A stretch of 64,000 bases of DNA, from NCBI GenBank assembly GCA_002269645.1, contig NIVC01000525.1, positions 124,001 to 188,000 of the forward strand. The letters are read 5' to 3'. The notes below the pieces were generated by a model that had not been told where the DNA came from, ran no database searches, and saw only the letters and a list, made by a program, of their open reading frames with translations. Made by a program: the position numbers and the translations under genes. The DNA comes from Macrostomum lignano (taxonomy: Eukaryota). How positions within the stretch are numbered: position 1 is the stretch's first letter; each line of letters starts with the position of its first letter. Positions 1 through 12,359 of this stretch are shown one piece after another.

Positions 1-1010
1 TCCTGATAATCAACAGTAGCCTAATACTCCTGATAATCAACAGTAGCCTAATACTCCTGATAATCAACAGTAGCCTAATACTCCTGATAATCAACAGTAG
101 CCTAATACTCCTGATAATCAACAGTAGCCTAATACTCCTGATAATCATCAGTAGCCTAATACTCCTGATAATCATCAGTAGCCTAATACTCCTGATAATC
201 ATCAGTAGCCTAATACTCCTGATAATCATCAGTAGCCTAATACTCCTGATAATCAACAGTAGCCTAATACTCCTGATAATCAACAGTAGCCTAATACTCC
301 TGATAATCAACAGTAGCCTAATACTCCTGATAATCAACAGTAGCCTAATACTCCTGATAATCATCAGTAGCCTAATACTCCTGATAATCATCAGTAGCCT
401 AATACTCCTGATAATCATCAGTAGCCTAATACTCCTGATAATCATCAGTAGCCTAATACTCCTGATAATCAACAGTAGCCTAATACTCCTGATAATCAAC
501 AGTAGCCTAATACTCCTGATAATCATCAGTAGCCTAATACTCCTGATAATCAACAGTAGCCTAATACTCCTGATAATCATCAGTAGCCTAATACTCCTGA
601 TAATCATCAGTAGCCTAATACTCCAGATAATCAACAGTAGCCTAATACTCCTGATAATCAACAGTAGCCTAATACTCCTGATAATCAACAGTAGCCTAAT
701 ACTCCTGATAATCAACAGTAGCCTAATACTCCTCATAATCATCAGTAGCCTAATACTCCTGATAATCATCAGTAGCCTAATACTCCTGATAATCAAAAGT
801 AGCCTAATACTCCTGATAATCAACAGTAGCCTAATACTCCTGATAATCAACAGTAGCCTAATACTCCTGATAATCATCAGTAGCCTAATACTCCTGATAA
901 TCATCAGTAGCCTAATACTCCTGATAATCAACAGTAGCCTAATACTCCTGATAATCAAAAGTAGCCTAATACTCCTGATAATCAACAGTAGCCTTATACT
1001 CCTGATAATC
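1..1010. repeat. 27-bp tandem minisatellite (TCCTGATAATCAACAGTAGCCTAATAC)n, in an intron of SLC35B2
   Basis: Unit visible from base 1, with AAC/ATC variants; degenerates after ~1010. Confidence 0.95.
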
Positions 1011-1228
1011 CATGGCAGCTTAATACCCGATAATCCCTTGCAGTTTAATATTTCGATAATCCCTTGCAGTTTAATATCCCGATAATCCCTTGCAGTTTAA
1101 TACCTGATAATCCCTGGTAGTTTAATATCCCGATAATTCATTTTGAGCTGAAACTTTATCCCGATAATCAAAGTACTTAATATCAGACAAAAAATGAACA
1201 GCAAAATATCCAGATTCATCAAACTCAC

Positions 1229-2351
1229 CTTGGCCCGCGACTTTCGTAATCCCACACCCGAGCCAGTTGCACAACGCCGCCCAGAGGCAGCAGCACAGAC
1301 CCGTAGCCAATCAGATTAGCCAGAAGGCGGCCCAGCCACCAGCCGTTACTGTGAGACCCAGCAGCTTCGCCAGCGCCCGAGTGCAGCAGGTAGCCAAGCA
1401 GGGCTGGCAGGCAGACAAAAGCGCAGGCGCTTAGCAACAGGCCGACGACACTGGATTTTTTAATTTAGGTTAGACGAAATGCATTTCTTACGTATGGGGA
1501 TCAGTTATGATTTTTTGAGTATATATATCGTTTAAAATGGGGTGTGGGATCCAGATATACCATCCGATTGGGTGTGGCATACAGAAATACCATCTGATTG
1601 GGTGTGGGATCTAGAGATACCATCCGATTGGGTGTGGCATACAGAGATACCATCCGATTGGGTGTGGGATCCAGATATACCATCCGATTGGGTGTGGCAT
1701 ACAGAAATACCATCTGATTGGGTGTGGGATCTAGAGATACCATCCGATTGGGTGTGGCATACAGAGATACCATCTGATTGGGTGTGGGATCTAGAGATAC
1801 CATCCGATTGGGTGTGGCATACAGAGATACCATCTGATTGGTTGTGGGATCCAGAGATACCATCTGATTGGGTGTGGGATCCAGAGATAACATCCAATAG
1901 ATTAGGGTAGTGAAATCACTCTGATAGACCAGATAGCAAACCAGAAAGCACAGGTTGTCAAATTGTAAGAAACAGTGATTCTGTGAGACAACTCTGAGAA
2001 TAGATAACTTATTATCCAATCCAACAAAAAAAGCAGATTAATAGCCAAAACAGCAGAAACAATGAAGACATCAGAAAATTGTTGGTGTTGAAACATATGC
2101 TAAATTACAATATGTGCAAAATTGATAATGCGAATATCAATTCGCTACACTCTACTGTAATGAATACTAGAAAAATGCACGAAATAACTAAGTCGTTTTT
2201 TTATTTAGTTATTTTCAATTCAATTATTATTGAAAATAGGAGTTAAAGCTCAAGTCCATGGCAGAAATCAGGTCCTATATGTTTCTGTAACATCTCCGTT
2301 GCTTTAGTACCTTTAACCTTACCGTTTTGAGTCACTGGTCGAACAATCCAT
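1229..2351 (-). CDS. SLC35B2: PAPS transporter 1 (SLC35B2/slalom-like), first two coding exons; gene continues off the left edge
   Basis: Exon 2351-2323 (ATG..CG|GTAAGG, phase 2) joins exon 1450-1229 (CTAAC branch..CAG|T; ends AG|GTGAG). Product MDCSTSDSKRVVGLLL...WWLGRLLANLIGYGSVLLPLGGVVQLARVWDY resembles the SLC35B2 N-terminus ([31 protein letters not shown]). Confidence 0.7.
1540..1890. repeat. 30-bp minisatellite with alternating A/B units (60-bp higher-order repeat), intronic
   Basis: CATCCGATTGGGTGTGGCATACAGAAATAC alternating with CATCTGATTGGGTGTGGGATCTAGAGATAC. Confidence 0.9.
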
Positions 2352-2775
2352 GAAGAGACCCCCCGAGGCCTCTCTATCCGGCCATTGAAACTTCCCAATA
2401 GCAATCTGGCCCGCTCAAGAATAGAGATCTATGTACTATATTTTGTCACTACAACATTTGCTAATGTATTTAGCGACCGTCGCCTAACCCCGAAAACCCC
2501 GGGGTTAGGGCCAGAGACAACTAGCTGCTGCTGACAGTCAGTTTTTTCTTCTAGTGCTAGTGCTTGAGAGCTGCAGAAGCCACTGTCTAAGGCCAAACCC
2601 CCGGGTTTTCGCGTAATGGGCCAAAAAATTCTACTAGAGTAGCCCAGCTGAGGTGAACCGTTGCCCTAGAATGTCCTATTGGAAATGACATATTTCAATG
2701 GCACTGCAGAGAATATAGCTTTTTCAGTCAATTAGGGCTTACGTGCATGCTTGGGCGCAACCTAGGGATTCACCC

Positions 2776-2887
2776 GGCCGTTTCTATTGGCAACACACGC
2801 ATGTAAGTCGCTATTGGACGGAATAGTAGTCACGTGACTGCTCTCAGCCAATAGCGACTTACATGTGTGTTGCCAATAGAAACGGCC
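2776..2887. promoter_or_regulatory. Palindromic element: four CCAAT boxes around a central GTCACGTGAC E-box, ~425 bp upstream of the SLC35B2 ATG
   Basis: Arms 2776-2817 and 2848-2887 are near-perfect inverted repeats. ATTGG at 2786 and 2813, CCAAT at 2848 and 2873, GTCACGTGAC at 2829-2838. Confidence 0.5.
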
Positions 2888-3019
2888 TAAGGATAGATTT
2901 AAGTATATTTAGTAGTTATATTTAGTAGTAGTGCGCATACATTGAATTTAATCCAAGATAGGTATGTCAATGTAACGGAGCTTTTGTCTATGGTAGCAAG
3001 GCTGGCACAGCGGCATTTA

Positions 3020-4290
3020 ATTCGGTCCAACAAGCATCAATTTGGTCCAACAAGCATCAATTCGGTCCAACAAGCATCAATTCGGTCCAACAAGCATCAA
3101 TTTGGTCCAACAAGCATCAACTTGGTCCAACAAGCATCGATTTGGTCCAACAAGCATCAATTCGGTCCAACAAGCATCAATTTGGTCCAACAAGCATCAA
3201 TTTGGTCCAACAAGCATTAATTTGGTCCAACAAGCATCAATTTGGTCCAACAAGCATCAATTCGGTCCAACAAGCATCAATTTGGTCCAACAAGCATCAA
3301 TTTGGTCCAACAAGCATCAATTCGGTCCAACAAGCATCAATTTGGTCCAACAAGCATCAATTTGGTCCAACAAGCATCAATTCGGTCCAACAAGCATCAA
3401 TTTGGTCCAACAAGCATCAATTTGGTCCAACAAGCATCAATTCGGTCCAACAAGCATCAATTTGGTCCAACAAGCATCAACTTGGTCCAACAAGCATCAA
3501 CTTGGTCCAACAAGCATCAATTCGGTCCAACAAGCATCAATTTGGTCCAACAAGCATTAATTTGGTCCAACAAGCATCAATTTGGTCCAACAAGCATCAA
3601 TTTGGTCCAACAAGCATTAATTTGGTCCAACAAGCATCAATTTGGTCCAACAAGCATCAATTTGGTCCAACAAGCATCAACTTGGTCCAACAAGCATCAA
3701 TTCGGTCCAACAAGCATCAATTTGGTCCAACAAGCATCAATTTGGTCCAACAAGCATCAATTTGGTCCAACAAGCATCAATTTGGTCCAACAAGCATCAA
3801 TTTGGTCCAACAAGCATCAATTTGGTCCAACAAGCATCAACTTGGTCCAACAAGCATCAATTTGGTCCAACAAGCATCAATTTGGTCCAACAAGCATCAA
3901 CTTGGTCCAACAAGCATCAATTCGGTCCAACAAGCATCAATTTGGTCCAACAAGCATCAATTCGGTCCAACAAGCATCAATTTGGTCCAACAAGCATCAA
4001 TTTGGTCCAACAAGCAACAATTTGGTCCAACAAGCATCAATTCGGTCTAACAAGCATCAATTTGGTCCAACAAGCATCAATTTGGTCCAACAAGCATCAA
4101 TTCGGTCCAACAAGCATCAATTTGGTCCAACAAGCATCAACTTGGTCCAACAAGCATCAATTCGGTCCAACAAGCATCAATTTGGTCCAACAAGCATCAA
4201 TTTGGTCCAACAAGCATCAATTTGGTCCAACAAGCATCAATTTGGTCCAACAAGCAACAACTTGGTCCAACAAGCATCAACTTGGTCCAA
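3020..4290. repeat. 20-bp tandem repeat (TTTGGTCCAACAAGCATCAA)n, ~63 copies
   Basis: Direct periodicity; explains the NKHQFGPTSINLVQQ ORFs. Confidence 0.97.
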
Positions 4291-4720
4291 ACGCTCGTGA
4301 GCCATTGGAGATACTCCTGCCCCCTTGCAACCGTCGGCGGGTTGTTGCGTACCGCTGGGATGTCAGCATCTCTCTACCAACAATTATCAGTCGCTTTTCC
4401 AGAGCTCTGCTGATGGTCGAAATCTGATAACCAACCGGAACTGTTCCTTCAACTTCTGCTGCATTTCTGCACTGTCAACAAAGGGTTTCTCAACTGCATT
4501 GAGTAGCAGTTGGACCTGAGGCTCTCGCAACTTGCCTTGGCAATTGCCACTCTTTTGCAGGCAACCTCTGCCGGCAGAGTTTCAACGCGCTGATGGTTGC
4601 TGTAAACCATCTTTTCTTTTACATTCAGCAACCTTGCAATGTCTTTTGGGTGTTCACCTCTGTCGAGTGCTTCGATCACAAGCCAATGGCATTCGTTGGC
4701 ACAGCACATGGTCCACAATT
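4290..4720 (-). pseudogene. Tc1/IS630-like transposase fragment (HTH domains only, frameshifted, no DDE domain)
   Basis: Helix-turn-helix-like segments across at least three frames; sequence runs into the 20-bp array where the DDE domain would begin. Confidence 0.6.
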
Positions 4721-5294
4721 GTGGGGCTGATCTTGCTCCTCCGCAGCAGTTGCAAATGAAGCTATGGACCAAATTGATGCTTTTTGAAATGCCGCTGTGC
4801 CAGCCCTGCCACCATAGACAAAAGCTCCATTACATTGGCAAACGTATCTCGGATTAAATTCAATGCGCGTATGCCCTAATGGGCTGCAAAAAGCTATATT
4901 CAGTATATACACAATATAAATAAATAGGCTAAAGTACACAGCAACTGACCAAATAACAAAATTAAACAAAGATAGTATGAAAGTTTCTCTCAAACACTGA
5001 ATAGTAACACCGCAGTTTCTAGGTAACAACATGATTAATCTAGGAATAACTGAGCTAATCTACTACACAAAAATATGAATAAAAATATGCCATGCAGAAA
5101 ACAACTCACTGGCTGGTTTAGTTTTCAATTTGGGCAGAAAGGACTAAAAATAATGTTTTATAAATAAAATAATTGATTTTTTTCACTAATTCTAGTAGTT
5201 GCGTAGGGCACAGACTAACACATATTATCCATGAAATATATTTTTAAATATTATACTGTGACAAAAGCACAACAAAAATTATATGAATCACAGT

Positions 5295-6485
5295 GATGCA
5301 ATCAGGTGAGCAAAAATCGCACAGCGATGCAATCAGATGAGCAACAATCTCACAGTGCTACAATCAGGTGAGCAACAATCTCACAGTGATGCAATCAGGT
5401 GAGCAACAATCTCAGTGCTACAATCAGGTGAGCAACAATCTCACAGTGCTACAATCAAGTGAGCAACAATCTCAGTGATGCAATCGATGAGCAAAAATCA
5501 GAGTGCTGCAATCAGATGAGCAACAATCTCACAGTGATGCAATCTGATGAGCAACAATCTCACAGTGCTACAATCAGGTGAGCAACAATCTCACAGTGCT
5601 GCAATCAGGTGAGCAACAATCTCACAGTGCTGCAATCAGGTGAGCAACAATCTCACAGTGCTGCAATCAGGTGAGCAACAATCTCACAGTGCTGCAATCA
5701 GGTGAGCAACAATCTCACAGTGCTACAATCAAGTGAGCAACAATCTCTGTGATGCAATCGATGAGCAAAAATCAGAGTGCTGCAATCAGATGAGCAACAA
5801 TCTCACAGTGATGCAATCTGATGAGCAACAATCTCACAGTGATGCAATCAGGTGAGCAACAATCTCACAGTGCTGCAATCAGGTGAGCAACAATCTCACA
5901 GTGCTGCAATCAGGTGAGCAACAATCTCACAGTGCTGCAATCAGGTGAGCAACAATCTCACAGTGATGCAATCAGATGAGCAACAATCGCACCGTGATGC
6001 AATCAGATGAGCAACAATCTCTGTGATGCAATCGATGAGCAAAAATCAGAGTGCTGCAATCAGATGAGCAACAATCTCACAGTGATGCAATCTGATGAGC
6101 AACAATCTCACCGTGATGCAATCAGATGAGCAAAAATCACAGTGCTGCAATCAGATGAGCAACAATCTCAGTGATTCGATCAGATGAGCAACAATCTCAC
6201 AGTGGTGCAATCAGATGAGCAATAATCGCACAGTGATGCAATCTGATGAGCAACAATTTCAGTGATGCAATCTGATGAGCAACTATCGCACAGTGATGCA
6301 ATCAGATGAGCAATAATCGCACAGTGCTGCAATCAGATGAGCAATAATCGCACAGTGCTGCAATCTGATGAGCAACTATCGCACAGTGATGCAATCAGAT
6401 GAGCAATAATCGCACAGTGCTGCAATCAGATGAGCAATAATCTCAATGATTCAATCAGATGAGCAACAATCTCACAGTGCTGCAA
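5295..6485. repeat. ~31-bp minisatellite (GCAATCAGGTGAGCAACAATCTCACAGTGCT)n
   Basis: Direct periodicity with 29-31-bp variants. Confidence 0.93.
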
Positions 6486-6535
6486 GATCAATATCAAGCT
6501 TCGAATAAAAACCGGATAGCCCAGTCTGCACTAAC

Positions 6536-6747
6536 CAGATATGCACCTGACGCAGAGTCAGGTCTCCAATCCTAGCAATCAGCCGCTGTCGCAATAAGCC
6601 CAACCTGCTAGCGGCAGCCGCAGCAGGTGAGAAGGAGGCCACATAGCTGTAGTAGTCAGAGCCGCTTGCGCCAGCTCCGTCTAGCTGCGACAGTCGGCTG
6701 TGATGCGACCGCCGCTGTTGGGTGGTAGCGCCCAGACAGCCGTTCAT
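6536..6747 (-). CDS. Candidate coding exon, possibly an alternative first exon of SLC35B2
   Basis: GC-rich open frame from ATG 6747 to a TG|GTTAGT phase-2 donor, compatible with the phase of the acceptor at 1450; no recognisable homology. Confidence 0.3.
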
Positions 6748-7237
6748 TGCTCAGTGGGAAAACTGCGGAACCTTTTCTCCCGCCGGCTGGAAATACGCGG
6801 TGCAGTTGCCGGTTATAACTTATCGACTATCGCATGCAGTGTGCATGGCATGAGAGACGGAATGGATCGCTTACATGTATATTACTACTAGTGTGCATTA
6901 CTTCACTGAGCCGGTTGAACCAATAAAAGAATATAGGGAGCAGAGACAGAATAGAAGGGAGTAAGACAATAAGAAAAAATGAACTGAATGGGAGTCCATT
7001 TTTTTGACGACTGCTTTGCAAAGAAGCAGCTGCTGACTCTCTATCCCTCTATCCACTGCTGTCAAGAGTCGACAAATGCGAGAGCGCCTATATGCGCACA
7101 CAAGTGGAAATTTTGTATATAGCTAGATTTTGAGCCCAATTTCAATCCCCGTTACGATTGATAATGTAATTTATAGGCGAATTATGATAAAACCGACAGA
7201 AATTCAGTCTCAAGGTGTGCAAACTTGGAGCAAGCAT

Positions 7238-7885
7238 AAAGGGAACGTTTATCTATATCAGGGGTCGGCAAACTTGTTTACCTCAAGTGCCAGATAGAGA
7301 AGATATAGATAAAGGGAACGTTTATCTATATCAGGGGTCGGCAAACTTGTTTACCTCAAGTGCCAGATAGAGAAGATATAGATAAAGGGAACGTTTATCT
7401 ATATCAGGGGTCGGCAAACTTGTTTACCTCAAGTGCCAGATAGAGAAGATATAGATAAAGGGAACGTTTATCTATATCAGGGGTCGGCAAACTTGTTTAC
7501 CTCAAGTGCCAGATAGAGAAGATATAGATAAAGGGAACGTTTATCTATATCAGGGGTCGGCAAACTTGTTTACCTCAAGTGCCAGATAGAGAAGATATAG
7601 ATAAAGGGAACGTTTATCTATATCAGGGGTCGGCAAACTTGTTTACCTCAAGTGCCAGATAGAGAAGATATAGATAAAGGGAACGTTTATCTATATCAGG
7701 GGTCGGCAAACTTGTTTACCTCAAGTGCCAGATAGAGAAGATATAGATAAAGGGAACGTTTATCTATATCAGGGGTCGGCAAACTTGTTTACCTCAAGTG
7801 CCAGATAGAGAAGATATAGATAAAGGGAACGTTTATCTATATCAGGGGTCGGCAAACTTTTTGACCTCAAGTGCCAGATAGAGAA
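7238..7885. repeat. 73-bp tandem repeat (9 copies), each containing a hAT-type terminus CAGGGGTCGGCAAACT
   Basis: Period 73 (7238, 7311, 7384...). The same TIR occurs inverted at 56164-56179. Confidence 0.9.
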
Positions 7886-8729
7886 CCTAAAGCATGACTG
7901 TGGGCCAGAGGAGAGAGAGGAGAGGGAATAGAGAAGAGAGAAGAGTTAGGGAAAGGAGGCGAGGGAATCAAGGCAACGAGAGGAGGGATTAAATCGAAAA
8001 GGGGAGAAGAGAGAGATAAGGGAGAGAAGAGGAGAGAGGAAAGGAGTGCAGAGAGGGAGAGATGAGGAGAGGAGATGAGCAGATAAGAGAGAAGGGATCT
8101 GAGATCAACAATATATAACCGAAAGTCACAAAAGACTTATTCACATTGCCTAGGGCAGCATTAGAAAATAAACATTCTATTTTGCTTTCTAAATCAGCTC
8201 TGCAAAAATGTTCCCAAGCAAATATCAATTGACTACTGTAAGTAGTTAATTGGGAAAGTAATAACGATCAGCACAGAAAGATACAAAAATGCTTTATACA
8301 ATGAGATGGACTGACTTTATATTAATGAAAAGTAATATTTAAGATTGCAGTTTAACAATATAGTGTTTACCTTGCATAGAATATATAAATTAATAGTCAG
8401 GTGTCAACAAGCTTGGCTCTAGCACTTGTATTATAAGAATGCCACAATATTTTAATTATAAAGTCATAGTTACTAATGCCATTTATTCAAAATAATATTA
8501 ATTTTTGCTTAGGTTTTTTCATAAGTAAGTAGCATAGCCAGGGCAAATCACTAATGACTATATGTATGGGTCTAATATATAAATCCAAATTATTATCAAA
8601 ATATAAGCTTGTCTCTTTCTACTCTCCCTTTTAGTTTTAACACTCTAGAGTTTCAACTTCATTGAATTTCTAGTTATATTGCCAATATAAAGAATGAAAG
8701 CTAAGACTAGTTTAATTTTATGCTAAATT

Positions 8730-9150
8730 AAAGGTTAGCAATCTTTGGCCCTAGGGCCAGATCTAGCCTCTGAAGCCTTCCAATCTGGCCCTAAGGCCCT
8801 TAATGATAAAGGATTGCATTTGGCCCCTTGCTATTTCACTCCACCTTCTTTCTTTTTCTCTTTCTCATACTCACCATTTTTATCCATATATTGGCCTTTT
8901 ATGGGGGTGCTCTGAGTGTTTCTAGGAGGTAATTATTGGGGTTGAAATAAGAAGAGATAGAACAAGGCATGTTCTGGGGTAAGGGAACCTAAATGGTTGG
9001 ATGAGATTAAGGTTTTGATCATCATCTATTGAGAAAATTGTTTATTTAAACTGGCATGAAACAATTGTAGTTTTTCACTTTTTTGTTATTGGCCACTAAG
9101 CCCTTAAAAATTGCTTTTTGGCCCTTGCTCTGAAAAGGTTGCCAATCCTG
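8730..9150 (+). mobile_element. Degenerate hAT (Charlie-like) MITE
   Basis: Starts AGGTTAGCAATCTTTGGCCCTAGGGCCAGATCTAGCC and ends GGCCCTTGCTCTGAAAAGGTTGCCAATCCTG, resembling decayed Charlie-type ends. Confidence 0.4.
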
Positions 9151-9704
9151 TATTAAACCTTTATATTAAACTCTCAATGTAAAACTTAGCATATTAGGTT
9201 TTAGTTTTAATATGTTGATTTGATTTGCAATATACTAGTAAGGATAGGTTTTAACATGTTGACTATGATCTAGTTTAATATCTTGACTTGGTTCTTTTTT
9301 AAAGCATTAACTAGATTCTAAATATTTTGATAAAAGATATCTTATATTTATATTTGGCATATAGCAATTCAATTTTTAAGATTTGCTAGTCTTTTTATGA
9401 ACAATTATAATTGGAAATAAAATTAAATTAGAAAGCCTATATATAGCTATAATATGTATAAATATTAATAATTAAAAATAATTTTTTTGTTTTTAAAGAT
9501 TATATAGTCCTAACAACTTTTATGCAAATTAGATTTCATGCAAATCAAATTAGATTTAACTAGCAATCTTCGCCCCCCGATGGGGGACATCTGGATAGAA
9601 TCTCTGTTCTCTACAAGTAACAAAAAGACAGCCAGAAAATCCTTCACAAAGAGCCAGACAAACTGCTCAAATGAAGTGAATTGCAATAAGAAATCTTCCC
9701 AAGA

Positions 9705-10340
9705 CCACAAGCATCCCCCAGATAGCAAGCATTCCCCAGATAGCAAGCATCCCTCAAATAGCAAGCATCCCCCAGATAGCAAGCATCCCCCAGATAGCAA
9801 GCATCCCCCAGATAGCAAGCATCCCCCAGATAGCAAACATCCCCCAGATAGCAAGCATCCCCCAGATAGCAAGCATTCCCCAGATAGCAAACATTCCCCA
9901 GATAGCAAGCATTCCCCAGATAGCAAGCATCCCTCAGATAGCAAGCATACCCCAAATAGCAAGCATCCCTCAGATAGCAAGCATCCCTCAGATAGCAAGC
10001 ATCCCCCAGATAGCAAGCATCACTCAGATAGCAAGCATCCCTCAGATAGCAAGCATCCACCAGATAGCAAGCATCCCTCAGATAGCAAGCATCCCCCAAA
10101 TTGCAAGCATCGCCCAGATAGCAAGCATCCCCCAGAAAGCAAGCATCCTCCAAATAGCAAGCATCCCCCAGATAGCAAGCATCACTCAGATAGCAAGCAT
10201 CCCTCAGATAGCAAGCATCCACCAGATAGCAAGCATCCCTCAGATAGCAAGCATCCCCCAAATTGCAAGCATCGCCCAGATAGCAAGCATCCCCCAGAAA
10301 GCAAGCATCCCCCAAATAGCAACCATCCACCAGACAAAAA
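9705..10340. repeat. 18-bp minisatellite (GATAGCAAGCATCCCCCA)n
   Basis: Direct periodicity; gives the DSKHPP repeat ORF. Confidence 0.93.
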
Positions 10341-10429
10341 GTAGCTAGAGCGACAATTTCCTTAGCTTTATAGTGGCTCCTTTAAATTGGCATGGCGCTT
10401 TATACCTTTACATTTGAAATTGTATATCT

Positions 10430-12305
10430 TGAATGTTTGACATGGTGGCTCTTTTATGTTTGACATGGTGGCTCTTTATTGTTCGACATGGTGGCTTTTT
10501 TATGTTTGACATGGTGGCTCTTGTATGTTCGACATGGTGGCTCTTTTAATGGTCGACATGGTGGCTCTTTAATGTTCTTCATGTTGGCTCTTTTATGTTT
10601 GACATGCTGGCTTTTTTATGTTTGACATGGTGGCTCTTTTATGTTCGACATGGTGGCTCTTTTATGTTCTACATGGCTGCTCTTTTATGTTCGACATGGT
10701 GGCTCTTGTATGTTCGACATGGTCGCTCTTTTGGGTTTGAAATGGTGGCTCTTTAATATTTGACAAGGTGGCCCTTTAATGTTTAACATGGTGGCTCTTT
10801 AAATTTCGAAATGGTGGCTCCTTAATTTTCGAAATGGTGGCTGTTTTATGTTTGACATGGTGGCTCTTTAATGTTCGACATGGTGGCTCTTTAATGTTCT
10901 TAATGGTGTCTGTTTTATGTTTGACATGGTGGCTCTTTATTGTTCGACATGGTGGCTCTTTAATTTTCGAAATGGTGGCTGTTTTATGTTTGACATGGTG
11001 GCTCTTTAATATTTGACAAGGTGGCCCTTTAATGTTTAACATGGTGGCTCTTTAATTTTCGAAATGGTGGCTCCTTAATTTTCGAAATGGTGGCTCTTTT
11101 ATGTTTGACATGGTGGCTCTTTAATGTTCGACATGGTGGCTCTTTAATGTTCGACATGGTGGCTCTTTAATGTTCTTAATGGTGTCTGTTTTATGTTCGA
11201 CATGGTGGCTCTTTTATGTTCGACATGGTGGCTCTTTAATGTTCGACATGGTAACTCTTTTATGTTTGATATGGTGGCTCTTTTATGTTCGACATGGTGG
11301 CTCTTTAATGTTCGACATGGTGGCTCCTTTAGGTTTGAAATGGTGGCTCTTTAATGTTTGACATTGTGGCTCTTTTATGTTCGACATGGTGGCTCTTTTA
11401 GGTTTGACATGGTGACTCTTAAATGTTTGACATGGTGGCTCTTTAATGTTTCACATGGTGGCTCTTTAATATTTGACATAAAGTCACATATATGTTTGAC
11501 ATGGTGGCTCCTAAATGTTTGACATGGTGGCTCTTTAATGTTCGACATGGTGGCTCCTTAATTTTCGAAATGGTGGCTCCTTAATTTTCGAAATGGTGGC
11601 TGCTTTATGTTTGACATGGTGGCTCTTTAATGTTTGACATGGTAACTCTTTTATGTTTGATATGGCTGCTCTTTTATGTTCGACATGGTGGCTCTTTAAT
11701 GTTCGACATAGTGGCTCCTTTAGGTTTTAAATGGTGGCTCTTTAATGTTTGACATTGTGGCTCTTTTATGTTCGACATGGTGGCTCTTTTAGGTTTGACA
11801 TGGTGACTCTTAAATGTTTGACATGGTGGCTCTTTAATGTTTCACATGGTGGCTCTTTAATATTTGACATAAAGTCACATATATGTTTGACATGGTGGCT
11901 CCTAAATGTTTGACATGGTGGCTCTTTATGTTTGACATGGTGGCTCTTTTATGTTCGACATGGTGGATCTTTTTTGTTCTACATGGTAACTCTTTTATGT
12001 TTGATACGGTGGCTTTTGAATGTCTGACATGTTGGCTCTTTTATGTTTGACATGGTGGCTCTTAATTGTTTGACATAGTGGCTCTTTAATGTTCAAAATG
12101 GTGGCTCTTTAATGTTCGAAATGGTGGCTCTTTAATGTTCGAAATGGTGGCTGTTTTATGTTTGACATGGTGGCTCTTTTATGTTCGACATGGTGGCTCT
12201 TTAATGTTCGACATGGTAGCTCTTTAATGTTCGACATGGTAGCTCTTTTATGTTTGACATGGTAACTCTTTTATGTTCGATATGTTGGCTCTTCTATGTT
12301 TGACA
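10430..12305. repeat. ~23-bp minisatellite (TTTGACATGGTGGCTCTTTAATG)n
   Basis: Direct periodicity, diverged copies. Confidence 0.93.
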
Positions 12306-12359
12306 TTGCGCTTCTTTGATGTTTAGCAGTTTTGTTGTGTTTTTAAGGTGTTTTAATAA

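Larger units (their letters stand above)
2931..4876 (-). mobile_element. Degenerate Tc1/IS630-type DNA transposon with ~85-bp TIRs, TA flanks and an internal satellite
   Basis: 2931-3018 is the reverse complement of 4787-4876; TA at 2929-30 and 4877-78. Frameshifted transposase N-terminus on - strand (LVIEALDRGEHPKDIARLLNVKEKMVY...ISTISRALEKR...RNNPPTVARGQEYLQW). Confidence 0.75.

Noticed and set aside
2942-4427. Long NKHQFGPTSINLVQQ ORFs (also ORFs over 32979-34496, 57624-58473 and 62286-63129)
   Set aside because: Translation artefacts of stop-free tandem repeats.
7238-7885. CRISPR-like array (also 28424-29215 and 46968-47922)
   Set aside because: Units are contiguous and identical, with no unique spacers and no cas genes; the context is eukaryotic.
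9538-10344. 268-aa DSKHPP-repeat protein
   Set aside because: The ORF arises from an 18-bp minisatellite open in several frames; no splice or homology support.
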